Below, one piece after another: positions 9,867 through 17,767 of a DNA stretch of 32,000 bases. The DNA is taken from contig NC_007614.1 of the NCBI RefSeq assembly GCF_000196355.1, positions 3,090,001 through 3,122,000 of the forward strand, in the 5' to 3' direction. A program made the position numbers and the translations under genes. This stretch comes from Nitrosospira multiformis ATCC 25196 (lineage in GTDB: Bacteria > Pseudomonadota > Gammaproteobacteria > Burkholderiales > Nitrosomonadaceae). Each line of letters begins with the position of its first letter. Within the stretch, counting starts at the first letter, position 1. The notes under the pieces are model-generated. The model had not been told where the DNA came from. It made no database searches and was given only the letters and a program-made list of their open reading frames with translations.

Positions 9867-10616
9867 GCGGGGTGAGATGCACGAAAGGCGACGGTGCGAA
9901 TGTGCGCTCTCGGAGAGAGGAGCAATGTCTTTCAAAGAAAGATGGAACCTCGCAGCGGGATGCTTGCGCTCCAGATTCGGTCTTGCGGTCGTTACACTAG
10001 GACACTGCCCCATCCGCTTCGCGGAATCCTCGGGCCCGCTTTGGGGTGCCACTTCCCAGAACTCCCTGGCATCGCTATAACACGTAAATGCGCAAGCTGC
10101 GACCTTTGTGCGCGCCTCTTGATCATCGCGATTTTAACAGCAACGCGCACCGCAGACGATTTGTTCAGTGATTCCTTTCGTCCCGGCTGGAATTGCCCGT
10201 TCCGATCCTGAACGAAGCTGGCGTGCGCATCAAAGGCAACTGAGCTTTTTAACAGGGGTCGAACTCCCAAAAAATTTATGGTCCCCCTGTTCAATCAACA
10301 CCTGAGGCAATGATCCTCTTTCCGCGTGCCGGGTCTGTACCTGGCTTTTCAGGCCGCCTCTGCCTCTTAATACCGCTGTCACAAAGGCAAGTTCCAGGCA
10401 ACTGGAGCATATTACAAGTGCATAGTGATGATGAGCGGGAAGGACATAGTGCCAGATGAACGATCCGTTAGGCATACAAGATTTGCCTGCCCTTCCCAAC
10501 CGCGCCTCTACTGACTATCATCTCCCCTCCGCCCGACTTCTCTTTCCCATTTCCTTACCGGAGCGAAGGGTCAACCAATAGGCAAAGCGATTTCAACCTT
10601 TCCTGAGTAGGATGAG

Positions 10617-11657
10617 TTGCAAAGAAGTTCGGTCGCTGCCAGAATTAAGACCTCACCTCCATATTTGTGTCGCTTTACCGCGCCATTGAAGCCCAAATCC
10701 GTAGAAATTTCCTTTTCCCCCGCTGACAACCAGCGTCTGGCGAACCTGTGTGGTGTGCTGGATGAAAACCTGAGGCAGATCGAGACGGTTCTCGATGTCG
10801 CAATTGCAAGGCGGGGAGAACATTTCAGTATCCGGGGGAAGCCACCCCAGACTTCACTTGCCGCGGAAGCTCTGCAGAACTTCTACGATCAGGCGCACCA
10901 TCCTCTGGGCATCGAACAGATTCAACTGGGCCTGATCGAGGCGATGAATCCACATCACCAGAAAAAACAGGGGCCAGATGCCAAGGAAATAGGGGAGCCC
11001 GCCCTGTATACGCGGCGTAGCGATTTGCGCGGACGCACACGCCGCCAAGTGGAGTATCTGCACCAGATCCAGACACATGACATCACTTTTTCCATCGGCC
11101 CCGCAGGCACCGGGAAAACGTATCTTGCGGTTGCAAGCGCAGTGGATGCACTCGAGCGGGATATCGTGGCGCGTATCATACTGGTGCGGCCTGCGGTGGA
11201 AGCAGGCGAACGCCTGGGATTTTTACCGGGTGATATGGTGCAGAAAGTGGATCCTTATTTGCGTCCCCTTTACGATGCGCTCTACGATCTGATGGGGTTC
11301 GATAAAACCAGCAAACAGTTTGAACGAAACGCAATCGAGGTGGCTCCGCTTGCATTCATGCGCGGGCGAACGCTGAACCAGTCTTTCATCATTCTGGATG
11401 AGGCGCAAAATACCACGCCGGAACAGATGAAAATGTTCCTGACCCGCATCGGCTTTGGCTCCAAGGCCGTCGTGACAGGGGATATCACGCAGATTGACCT
11501 TGCAAAACATCAGAAAAGCGGCTTGGTGGAAGCCCAGCAGGTTCTTGAAAAAGTGCGGGGCATTGCCTTTACGCGGTTCGATGCAGAGGATGTGGTGCGG
11601 CATCCGCTGGTGCAAAGAATTGTCAATGCCTATGAGAAATATGAAAGAAAGGAGTAG
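10617..11657 (+). CDS. ybeZ: PhoH-family ATPase (YbeZ-like)
   Basis: Contains Walker A GPAGTGKTYLAV, RPAVEAGERLGFLPGD, VDPYLRPLYDAL, IILDEAQNTT and VVRHPLVQRIVNAY, closely paralleling E. coli YbeZ. The TTG start at 10617 follows AGGATGAG. An in-frame TTG at 10686 would give an E. coli-like N-terminus and cannot be excluded. Confidence 0.9.
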   Translation: MQRSSVAARIKTSPPYLCRFTAPLKPKSVEISFSPADNQRLANLCGVLDENLRQIETVLDVAIARRGEHFSIRGKPPQTSLAAEALQNFYDQAHHPLGIEQIQLGLIEAMNPHHQKKQGPDAKEIGEPALYTRRSDLRGRTRRQVEYLHQIQTHDITFSIGPAGTGKTYLAVASAVDALERDIVARIILVRPAVEAGERLGFLPGDMVQKVDPYLRPLYDALYDLMGFDKTSKQFERNAIEVAPLAFMRGRTLNQSFIILDEAQNTTPEQMKMFLTRIGFGSKAVVTGDITQIDLAKHQKSGLVEAQQVLEKVRGIAFTRFDAEDVVRHPLVQRIVNAYEKYERKE

Positions 11658-12210
11658 TTCCCCCGGCACTCCTGACAGCGGGAGGCGCGCCAGACCGAAA
11701 CCGGCGAAATTGAAAATGACTGTCCAATATGCGACTTCAACACGCGAGCCGCTTCCTTCCAGAGCCTTGCTTCGTAAATGGGTCAAGGCGGCCCTGGCGC
11801 ATGATGCGGAAATCGCATTACGCATCGTGGACGAAGAGGAAGGCCACCGCCTCAACCGGGACTTTCGCAATAAGGATTATGCAACCAATGTCCTGACCTT
11901 CGTTTACAGGGATGGGCAAATCCATCCTGACTCTCCGCTCGGGGAAAAGCGGGGTGCTTACCCTCTGACCGGCGATATCGTACTCTGTGCGCCGGTAGTG
12001 GAAAATGAAGCGGGTCAGCAGCAAAAGGATCTAATGGCGCATTATGCGCATCTGACGGTGCATGGAGTCCTGCATCTGCAGGGCTATGATCATCAGGAGG
12101 ATGAGGATGCCAAAAACATGGAGGAAACGGAAACCCGGATTCTAGCGTGGTTGGGATATGAGGATCCTTATGCAGGATATCAGCTGGCGGAAGCGGTTGA
12201 TTGTGGATAA
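11641..12210 (+). CDS. ybeY: Endoribonuclease YbeY (rRNA maturation factor)
   Basis: Contains the zinc motif HGVLHLQGYDH, ATNVLTF and GDIVLC. The start is ambiguous. The ATG at 11641 overlaps the ybeZ end and gives a basic N-terminal tail. The TTG at 11710 and the ATG at 11716 (MTVQYA) are alternatives. The track start at 11494 lies inside ybeZ and was rejected. Confidence 0.85.
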   Translation: MKERSSSPGTPDSGRRARPKPAKLKMTVQYATSTREPLPSRALLRKWVKAALAHDAEIALRIVDEEEGHRLNRDFRNKDYATNVLTFVYRDGQIHPDSPLGEKRGAYPLTGDIVLCAPVVENEAGQQQKDLMAHYAHLTVHGVLHLQGYDHQEDEDAKNMEETETRILAWLGYEDPYAGYQLAEAVDCG

Positions 12211-12282
12211 TGCGAGCACAGTTGATGGCTGACGGCAAGATTTCAATTGATTGGATTTTTATGGCTATGTTGACTTTTACAA

Positions 12283-13119
12283 ATGGATGATCCTCCCCAA
12301 CCTGGCTGGCTGGAACGCATAAGCGGCATGCTCCTGCGGGAACCGGGGAATCGGGTCCAATTGATGGCCCTGCTGCATGCGGCGTACGAACGCAATTTAT
12401 TCGATTCCGATGCGTTGAGCATGATAGAAGGAGTAATACAGGTATCAGAGATCCAGGCACGCGACATCATGGTTCCCCGCTCGCAGATGGATGTCATCGA
12501 CATCAGCGATCCGCCCGAGAAATTCATCCCCGAGGTGATCGAGAAAGCGCATTCGCGTTTTCCGGTTACCGAAAATGACAAAAATAATGTTATCGGTATA
12601 TTGCTGGCAAAGGACCTGTTGCGGTATTACGCGGCGGAGGAAGAGTTTGACGTGCGCGACATGTTGCGGCCGGTGGTATTCATTCCTGAATCCAAGCGCC
12701 TCAATGTCCTGCTTCGGGACTTTCGTACCAATCGCAATCACATCGCAATCGTCGTGGACGAGTATGGTGGAGTTGCAGGACTGCTGACGATTGAAGACGT
12801 GCTGGAGCAGATTGTCGGCGATATCGAGGATGAACATGATTTCGACGAGGTGGAAGACAACATTGTGCAGACGCCAAGCGGCCATTACCGGGTCAAGGCG
12901 ATTACCGAGATCGCGGATTTCAATGAAAGACTTGAAACGGAATTAAACGAATCCGACTATGATACGATCGGAGGTCTGGTCCTGCACGAATTTGGACGCT
13001 TGCCGAAACGAGGTGAATCAGTCATTGTCGGAGGTTTCAAGTTCACGGTGCTTCGCGCGGACAGCCGCAGATTGCACACCTTGCTGGTGGAAAGAAGCAA
13101 CGGCCAGATCGAGCAATAG
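12283..13119 (+). CDS. corC: CorC/YbeX-type Mg/Co efflux-associated protein (CBS pair plus CorC_HlyC domain)
   Basis: ARDIMVPRSQM, the CBS-pair region, HIAIVVDEYGGVAGLLTIEDVLEQIVGDIEDE and the C-terminal transporter-associated domain are all present. The position after ybeZ-ybeY matches the usual order. Confidence 0.9.
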   Translation: MDDPPQPGWLERISGMLLREPGNRVQLMALLHAAYERNLFDSDALSMIEGVIQVSEIQARDIMVPRSQMDVIDISDPPEKFIPEVIEKAHSRFPVTENDKNNVIGILLAKDLLRYYAAEEEFDVRDMLRPVVFIPESKRLNVLLRDFRTNRNHIAIVVDEYGGVAGLLTIEDVLEQIVGDIEDEHDFDEVEDNIVQTPSGHYRVKAITEIADFNERLETELNESDYDTIGGLVLHEFGRLPKRGESVIVGGFKFTVLRADSRRLHTLLVERSNGQIEQ

Positions 13120-13120
13120 G

Positions 13121-13711
13121 ATGCGGCAGGGTTTCAAAAAAATGGTTGAGATCAGACCGGGCAGGAATAAGTCCGGGATGCAGGATAACCTTGAAGCAAG
13201 CAGTACAAACCCGGATCGATGCCTGGTCAGCGAGATGCAGCGGGAGCCGCCGCTGGTGGAAGTGGTCATCGAGGTTCCCCGCGGAAGTTTTATCAAACGC
13301 GGCTCCACCGGAAAAGTGGATTTTATCTCACCCCTGCCTTGCCCGTTCAACTACGGCTCACTCCCGGACTATCTCGGTCTCGATGGCGATCTCCTGGATG
13401 CACTGGTGCTCGGTCCCCGTTTGCCTGCTGGCACCCGTGTACGGGCAAAGGCTTGGGGTGCCGTTCGCATGGTGGATCACGGCATGCTGGATGACAAGCT
13501 TATCTGTAGCGACTTGCCGCCGGACATATTGCAGTGCCAGAAAGTGCTGCGATTTTTTCGATTCTATGCGAAATGCAAGGGACTGCTCAATGTGGCGCGT
13601 GGCCGGTTAGGGCGAAACGCGTGTGAAGGCTGGCGGGATGCGGCTCAGGCGATTGCAAGGGCACGGCCGTGCGGCAACTCCCCGCGCCTTCACTATCCCG
13701 CTGACCGCTAA
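13121..13711 (+). CDS. Divergent family-I inorganic pyrophosphatase-like protein
   Basis: VVIEVPRGS...FNYG...LDGDLLDALVLG...VRMVDHGMLDDKL...EGW aligns by eye to E. coli Ppa (VVIEIP...NYGY...LDGDPVDVLV...KMTDEAGEDAKL...EGW). The start is uncertain: ATG at 13121, 13142 or later. The track start at 12959 lies inside corC and was rejected. Confidence 0.65.
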   Translation: MRQGFKKMVEIRPGRNKSGMQDNLEASSTNPDRCLVSEMQREPPLVEVVIEVPRGSFIKRGSTGKVDFISPLPCPFNYGSLPDYLGLDGDLLDALVLGPRLPAGTRVRAKAWGAVRMVDHGMLDDKLICSDLPPDILQCQKVLRFFRFYAKCKGLLNVARGRLGRNACEGWRDAAQAIARARPCGNSPRLHYPADR

Positions 13712-13801
13712 CCGCTGCCCCTTTGCAGATTTTGCCAAGTCCCGGGGAACATGGCAGAATTGCGCCCCTTATAAATTTCCCCTGTTCAGCCTGCTTCCGT
13801 C

Positions 13802-15724
13802 ATGCCTCTGCTCACGCTTGAAAAAACGAGTCTCGCCTTCGGTCATCATACCTTGCTCGACCAGGTGGATCTGCAGCTCGATCCCGGGGAGCGCCTGGCG
13901 CTCATCGGCAGGAACGGCGGGGGCAAGTCAAGTCTGCTGCGCGTTCTCGCGGGCGAGATGCAACCGGATGACGGCAGGGTTTGGTATACCCCGGGATTGA
14001 AGCTTGCCTATGTCCCCCAGGAACCGGAACTGGATCCTGATCTCACGGTATTTCAGGAAGTAGCGAAGGGATTGGGGTCAGTCAGCAGGATACTGATCCA
14101 GTATCACGAGGCATCTCATTTACTTAGCGACGGTGCAGATAATACCGATGCTCTTCTAGCGCGCCTGGCGAAACTCCAGGCCGAGCTGGAAGCACAGGAT
14201 GGCTGGCGTATTCAGGCAAGAGTGGAAACTGCCATCGGCAAGCTTGATCTTCCTGCCGATGCCCTGATCAGGCAACTTTCCGGGGGACAGAAAAAGCGGG
14301 CGGCACTGGCACGCGCTCTGGTGATATCGCCCGAGGTGCTGTTGCTGGATGAGCCGACCAATCATCTGGATTTTCTGGCAATCGAATGGCTGGAAGGATT
14401 GCTCAAGGATTTTTCGGGGAGTGTCGTATTCGTCACTCATGACCGCCGCTTCCTCACCCATGTGGCTACCCGCATCGTCGAACTCGATCGGGGCAAGCTG
14501 ACGAGCTTTCCAGGCGACTTTTCCGCATACCAGCGAAAGAAGATGGAGATGCTCGAAGTCGAGGCTATCCATAATCAGAAATTCGATAAGGTGCTGGCGC
14601 AGGAAGAGATCTGGATACGTAAAGGAGTACAGGCGCGTTGCACGCGTAACGAGGGGCGGGTGCGACGGCTCGAAGCACTGCGGCAGGAGCGCGCCGCCCG
14701 GCGCGAGCAGGCGGGAAAGGTTAGCTTAAGCCTGGAAGAAGGCATTAAATCCGGCCGGATGGTGGCGGAACTGGAGCATGTCAGCAAAAGCTACGGAAGC
14801 AAAGCGGTTATCAAGGATTTTTCGTGCCGGATCATGCGCGGCGACCGCGTGGGACTGCTCGGACCCAACGGCGCTGGAAAATCCACCCTGCTCAAGCTGA
14901 TCCTGGGCGAGTTGCAGCCGGACAGCGGTAGCGTACGGCTGGGCACGAAAGCAGCCGTAGCCTACTTCGACCAGATGCGGGAGCAACTCAATGAGGATGC
15001 AACGCTGGTCGATACCATCAGTCAAGGCTCGGATTTCATCGATATCGGAGGTACCAGAAAGCATGTCATCAGCTATCTGGAAGATTTCCTGTTCCCTCCG
15101 CAGCGGGCACGCTCGCCCGTAAAATCACTCTCCGGCGGCGAACGCAACCGGTTGCTGCTGGCAAGGCTGTTCACGCGTCCCGCCAACGTGCTGGTTCTCG
15201 ATGAACCGACCAACGACCTTGATATCGAAACGCTGGAACTGCTTGAAGCATTGCTGCAGAATTACTCGGGAACGCTGTTCCTGGTAAGCCACGATCGCGA
15301 ATTTCTCGACAACGTGGTAACCCAGGTAATTGCCTTCGAGGGAGACGGTATCTTACGGGAATATATCGGCGGTTACGAGGATTGGATGCGTGCCAGAAGT
15401 TTTCAGAAGACAGCGGGCAGACAGCCGATCCCCAAGCCATCTCAACCGGCCCCTCTTAAAGCATACGTGCCCCCCCCTTCCGTTAAACTGGGGTACAAGG
15501 AAACCCGTGAACTTGAGGAGTTGCCTGGAAGGATCGAACTCCTGGAGAAGGAGCAGGCGGAGGTCTCCCGTCAGTTATGTTTGCCTAATATTTACCGTGA
15601 TTCTCCAGAAAAGGCCGCTGTGTTGCAGCGGCGCTTTACCGCGATTGAGGAGGAACTGACGAACTGTCTTACCCGGTGGGAGGAACTCGAAGTGAAAAAC
15701 TCTGCCGCAGGACAGAAAAAATAA
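13802..15724 (+). CDS. uup: ABC-F family ATPase with two ABC domains and a C-terminal coiled coil (Uup-like)
   Basis: Two Walker A sites (GRNGGGKSSLL and GPNGAGKSTLL). Two signature motifs (LSGGQKKR and LSGGERNR). Two Walker B sites (LLLDEPTNHLD and LVLDEPTNDLD). There are no transmembrane segments. The length of 640 aa is close to E. coli Uup. Confidence 0.88.
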   Translation: MPLLTLEKTSLAFGHHTLLDQVDLQLDPGERLALIGRNGGGKSSLLRVLAGEMQPDDGRVWYTPGLKLAYVPQEPELDPDLTVFQEVAKGLGSVSRILIQYHEASHLLSDGADNTDALLARLAKLQAELEAQDGWRIQARVETAIGKLDLPADALIRQLSGGQKKRAALARALVISPEVLLLDEPTNHLDFLAIEWLEGLLKDFSGSVVFVTHDRRFLTHVATRIVELDRGKLTSFPGDFSAYQRKKMEMLEVEAIHNQKFDKVLAQEEIWIRKGVQARCTRNEGRVRRLEALRQERAARREQAGKVSLSLEEGIKSGRMVAELEHVSKSYGSKAVIKDFSCRIMRGDRVGLLGPNGAGKSTLLKLILGELQPDSGSVRLGTKAAVAYFDQMREQLNEDATLVDTISQGSDFIDIGGTRKHVISYLEDFLFPPQRARSPVKSLSGGERNRLLLARLFTRPANVLVLDEPTNDLDIETLELLEALLQNYSGTLFLVSHDREFLDNVVTQVIAFEGDGILREYIGGYEDWMRARSFQKTAGRQPIPKPSQPAPLKAYVPPPSVKLGYKETRELEELPGRIELLEKEQAEVSRQLCLPNIYRDSPEKAAVLQRRFTAIEEELTNCLTRWEELEVKNSAAGQKK

Positions 15725-15740
15725 CGGTAAGTTCCCGTTA
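15722..15740 (+). terminator. Weak candidate terminator hairpin after uup
   Basis: TAACGG-N7-CCGTTA is a 6 bp stem that includes the stop codon. It is followed by the T-rich TTCTAGCGTTTTATT. The stem is short and AT-containing. Confidence 0.25.
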
Positions 15741-15757
15741 TTCTAGCGTTTTATTCA

Positions 15758-15786
15758 TTGACCAGAAATGGCACATCGTTTAGAGT
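15758..15786 (+). promoter_or_regulatory. Candidate sigma-70 promoter for the cytochrome c gene pair
   Basis: TTGACC (15758-15763), a 17 nt spacer, then TAGAGT (15781-15786). It lies 28 nt upstream of the ATG at 15814, and the RBS AAGAGGGA lies between them. This is a motif match only. Confidence 0.4.
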
Positions 15787-15813
15787 CGCTCTTTTTGTAA
15801 AGAGGGACTGATA

Positions 15814-16143
15814 ATGAAAAGACCTGCAATAGTCAGTTTACTTGCATGCGGATTGCTTCTCGCGCTGGCGGGCACTGCTCAGGCAGTAGGTAATCCGGAG
15901 GCAGGAAAGCAGAAGAATGCCATGTGCATCGGCTGCCATGGAATAGAAGGATACCGGACATCCTATCCTACTGTATATCACGTGCCGAGACTCGGTGGTC
16001 AGCATGCTGAATATCTGGTAAAAGCCCTGCAAGCATACAAGACCGGGGCACGTAATCATCCCAGCATGAAGGGGATAGCGGCCTCATTGTCTCAACAGGA
16101 TATGGAAGATCTGGCCGCGTACTATGCCGGCGCTGGCAAATAA
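15814..16143 (+). CDS. Monoheme class I cytochrome c (resembles the C-terminal domain of cytochrome c4), exported
   Basis: The signal peptide is MKRPAIVSLLACGLLLALAGTAQA. The heme motif is CIGCHG. The LGGQHAEYLVKALQAYKTG...M...AASLSQQDMEDLAAYY pattern is present. An RBS lies upstream. Confidence 0.88.
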   Translation: MKRPAIVSLLACGLLLALAGTAQAVGNPEAGKQKNAMCIGCHGIEGYRTSYPTVYHVPRLGGQHAEYLVKALQAYKTGARNHPSMKGIAASLSQQDMEDLAAYYAGAGK

Positions 16144-16171
16144 CAACCACTGACCAAGCAAGGAAAGCCTC

Positions 16172-16498
16172 ATGAAACATCTTATTATTGGCGCTGCAAG
16201 CGCAGCCTTAATGCTGATTTCCAGCCAGGGAATGGCAACGGATATAGAAGCGGGAAAGAAAAAAGCGGCGGAGGTATGTGCCGCCTGTCACGGTCCGGAT
16301 GGCAATAGTCCTGCACCGGCGTTTCCGATACTGGCCGGGCAACAGGCGAGTTACCTCGCAAAGACCTTGAATGAGTATAAATCCGGGGTTCGGCAAGACC
16401 CTGTGATGGCAGGTATGGCGGCAGCTCTGAGCAAGGAAGACATCGAAAACGTGGCTGCTTACTTTGCCACCCAAAAAGGCCTCAAAACGAAGTATTGA
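16172..16498 (+). CDS. Monoheme class I cytochrome c (resembles the N-terminal domain of cytochrome c4), exported
   Basis: A signal peptide is present. [22 protein letters not shown]...YL...M.GM...[18 protein letters not shown] closely follows the cytochrome c4 N-domain pattern. Confidence 0.88.
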   Translation: MKHLIIGAASAALMLISSQGMATDIEAGKKKAAEVCAACHGPDGNSPAPAFPILAGQQASYLAKTLNEYKSGVRQDPVMAGMAAALSKEDIENVAAYFATQKGLKTKY

Positions 16499-16518
16499 TT
16501 GGAATCTCTGAATAAAAT

Positions 16519-16544
16519 CCCGCGGGTGCTTCAATGCTCCGCGG
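16519..16544 (+). terminator. Candidate GC hairpin downstream of the second cytochrome c gene
   Basis: CCCGCGGG (16519-16526) and CCGCGG (16539-16544) can form a 6 bp GC stem with a 12-13 nt loop. No U-tract follows, so this is weak as an intrinsic terminator. Confidence 0.25.
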
Positions 16545-16599
16545 AGAACTTGTCCGGAGGACTTGCCCAAAGGCCTTGGGGGCGGAAGGCACGGGTGGG

Positions 16600-16627
16600 A
16601 AAATAGCGGGTAACTCCCTTGCCCGCT
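16600..16627 (-). terminator. Candidate intrinsic terminator for the minus-strand pyrD-nth-DUF1841 string
   Basis: On the minus strand, AGCGGG-N11-CCCGCT is followed by ATTTT. It lies about 55 nt downstream of the DUF1841 stop codon. Confidence 0.35.
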
Positions 16628-16679
16628 TGTCTGACAACCGCATAATCCGCCGAAACATCCGACCGCATCGCTTCGAATA

Positions 16680-17111
16680 TCAAATCCCCTGTCTATCCAG
16701 GCATTCGAAATAAACCATGACGTCATATGTAGTCCGGTTTCGTTGTGCCTGCCAGATCATTTCCGCCAGGCATTCCATGGTTTGGTGCATGGCTGCATGC
16801 TCGTTCCCGGTTTTCTTCAGCAGACGCTCGAACCGCGCGCGGATTCCTGCCGGTTGATCTATTGAAAGCTGCTCCTTGATGGCAATATGCATCCCCATGT
16901 GCAGAAACGGGTTGGTTTCGCCCATTTCCGGGGGATAATCCCTATCCTGATGATGTTCCACATCATCAAGCAACGCATGGTATTCCGGGTGCTGCAAAAT
17001 CACCTCGAGCGCCATGTCCTCCATCGCGCTGAGCATTTCCCGTTGCTTGTATTTACGCCAGGTCTCGAAAAAAAATTGACGCGCCTGGTCTCTGGAAGGA
17101 TTGAACATCAA
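16680..17111 (-). CDS. DUF1841-family protein of unknown function
   Basis: MFNPSRDQARQFFFETWRKYK...HPEYHALLDD...NPFLHMGMHIAIKEQL...DQPAGI matches my recollection of the conserved DUF1841 pattern. Confidence 0.75.
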   Translation of the reverse strand: MMFNPSRDQARQFFFETWRKYKQREMLSAMEDMALEVILQHPEYHALLDDVEHHQDRDYPPEMGETNPFLHMGMHIAIKEQLSIDQPAGIRARFERLLKKTGNEHAAMHQTMECLAEMIWQAQRNRTTYDVMVYFECLDRQGI

Positions 17112-17116
17112 GTTTT

Positions 17117-17764
17117 TTAACGAGGAGTATCCTCAAAGTTTTTTGACTCGTATTCACACAGGTCGTTTATCAGGCAGATCGCACATTTTGGTTTTCTTGC
17201 CACGCAGATATAGCGCCCATGCAAAATCAACCAGTGATGGGCATCCTGGCGGAATTCCTTGGGGACGCACTTGAGGAGCTTGGACTCCACTTCCAGCACG
17301 TTCTTTCCCCTTGCAATTCCCGTACGATTGGCCACGCGGAAAATATGTGTATCCACCGCAATAGTGGGTTGACCAAAGGCAGTATTCAATAACACATTTG
17401 CAGTCTTGCGCCCCACGCCGGGCAGTTTTTCCAGCTGCTCCCGCGTTTCAGGTACTTTTCCGCCATACTGATCAATGAGTATGCGGCATGTTGCCAGGAT
17501 GTTCCTTGCCTTTGTTTTGTACAAGCCGATGCTCTTGATGTATTCCCTCAATGCTTCTTCCCCCATTGCAAGTATTGCCTCGGGTGTATTGGCCTTGGGA
17601 AAGAGCTTCCGCGTGGCAAGGTTCACGCTTTTGTCGGTCGCTTGGGCGGAGAGTGCCACTGCTACCAGCAGTTCAAAGGGGGAGTTGTACTCCAGCTCAG
17701 TGGTAGGATGAGGATTGGCGGCCCTGAAGCGGGTAAAAATCTCACGGCGTATGCTTGAATTCAT
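17117..17764 (-). CDS. nth: Endonuclease III (DNA glycosylase / AP lyase)
   Basis: Contains FELLVAVALSAQATD, the HhH-GPD region LPGVGRKTANVLL, and the C-terminal 4Fe-4S cluster loop CxxxxxxCxxCxxxxxC (CVARKPKCAICLINDLC). Confidence 0.93.
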   Translation of the reverse strand: MNSSIRREIFTRFRAANPHPTTELEYNSPFELLVAVALSAQATDKSVNLATRKLFPKANTPEAILAMGEEALREYIKSIGLYKTKARNILATCRILIDQYGGKVPETREQLEKLPGVGRKTANVLLNTAFGQPTIAVDTHIFRVANRTGIARGKNVLEVESKLLKCVPKEFRQDAHHWLILHGRYICVARKPKCAICLINDLCEYESKNFEDTPR

Positions 17765-17767
17765 GAA

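Noticed and set aside
10251-10291. A T-loop-like GGGGTCGAACTCCC inside an 8 bp stem, which could be a tRNA, a tmRNA fragment or an att site
   Set aside because: The flanking sequence does not form a 5 bp T-stem, an acceptor stem, an anticodon arm or a CCA end. No cloverleaf can be drawn. It is kept only as part of the orphan-region finding.
10376-10393. A Pho-box-like CTGTCAC upstream of the phoH-family gene
   Set aside because: Only one 7 bp half-site is present. The expected second CTGTCAT-like repeat 11 bp away is absent (GCAAGTT). The gene is also the ybeZ-type paralogue, which is not the Pho-regulated phoH in E. coli.
11223-11870. A 215 aa minus-strand ORF spanning the ybeZ/ybeY junction
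   Set aside because: It is antisense to two strongly supported genes and has no recognisable motifs. This is a typical shadow ORF.
12959-13120. An upstream extension of the pyrophosphatase-like ORF overlapping 161 nt of corC
   Set aside because: The overlapped portion is out of frame with the well-supported corC C-terminal domain and shows no PPase similarity. The ATG at 13121, right after the corC stop, is the earliest sensible start.
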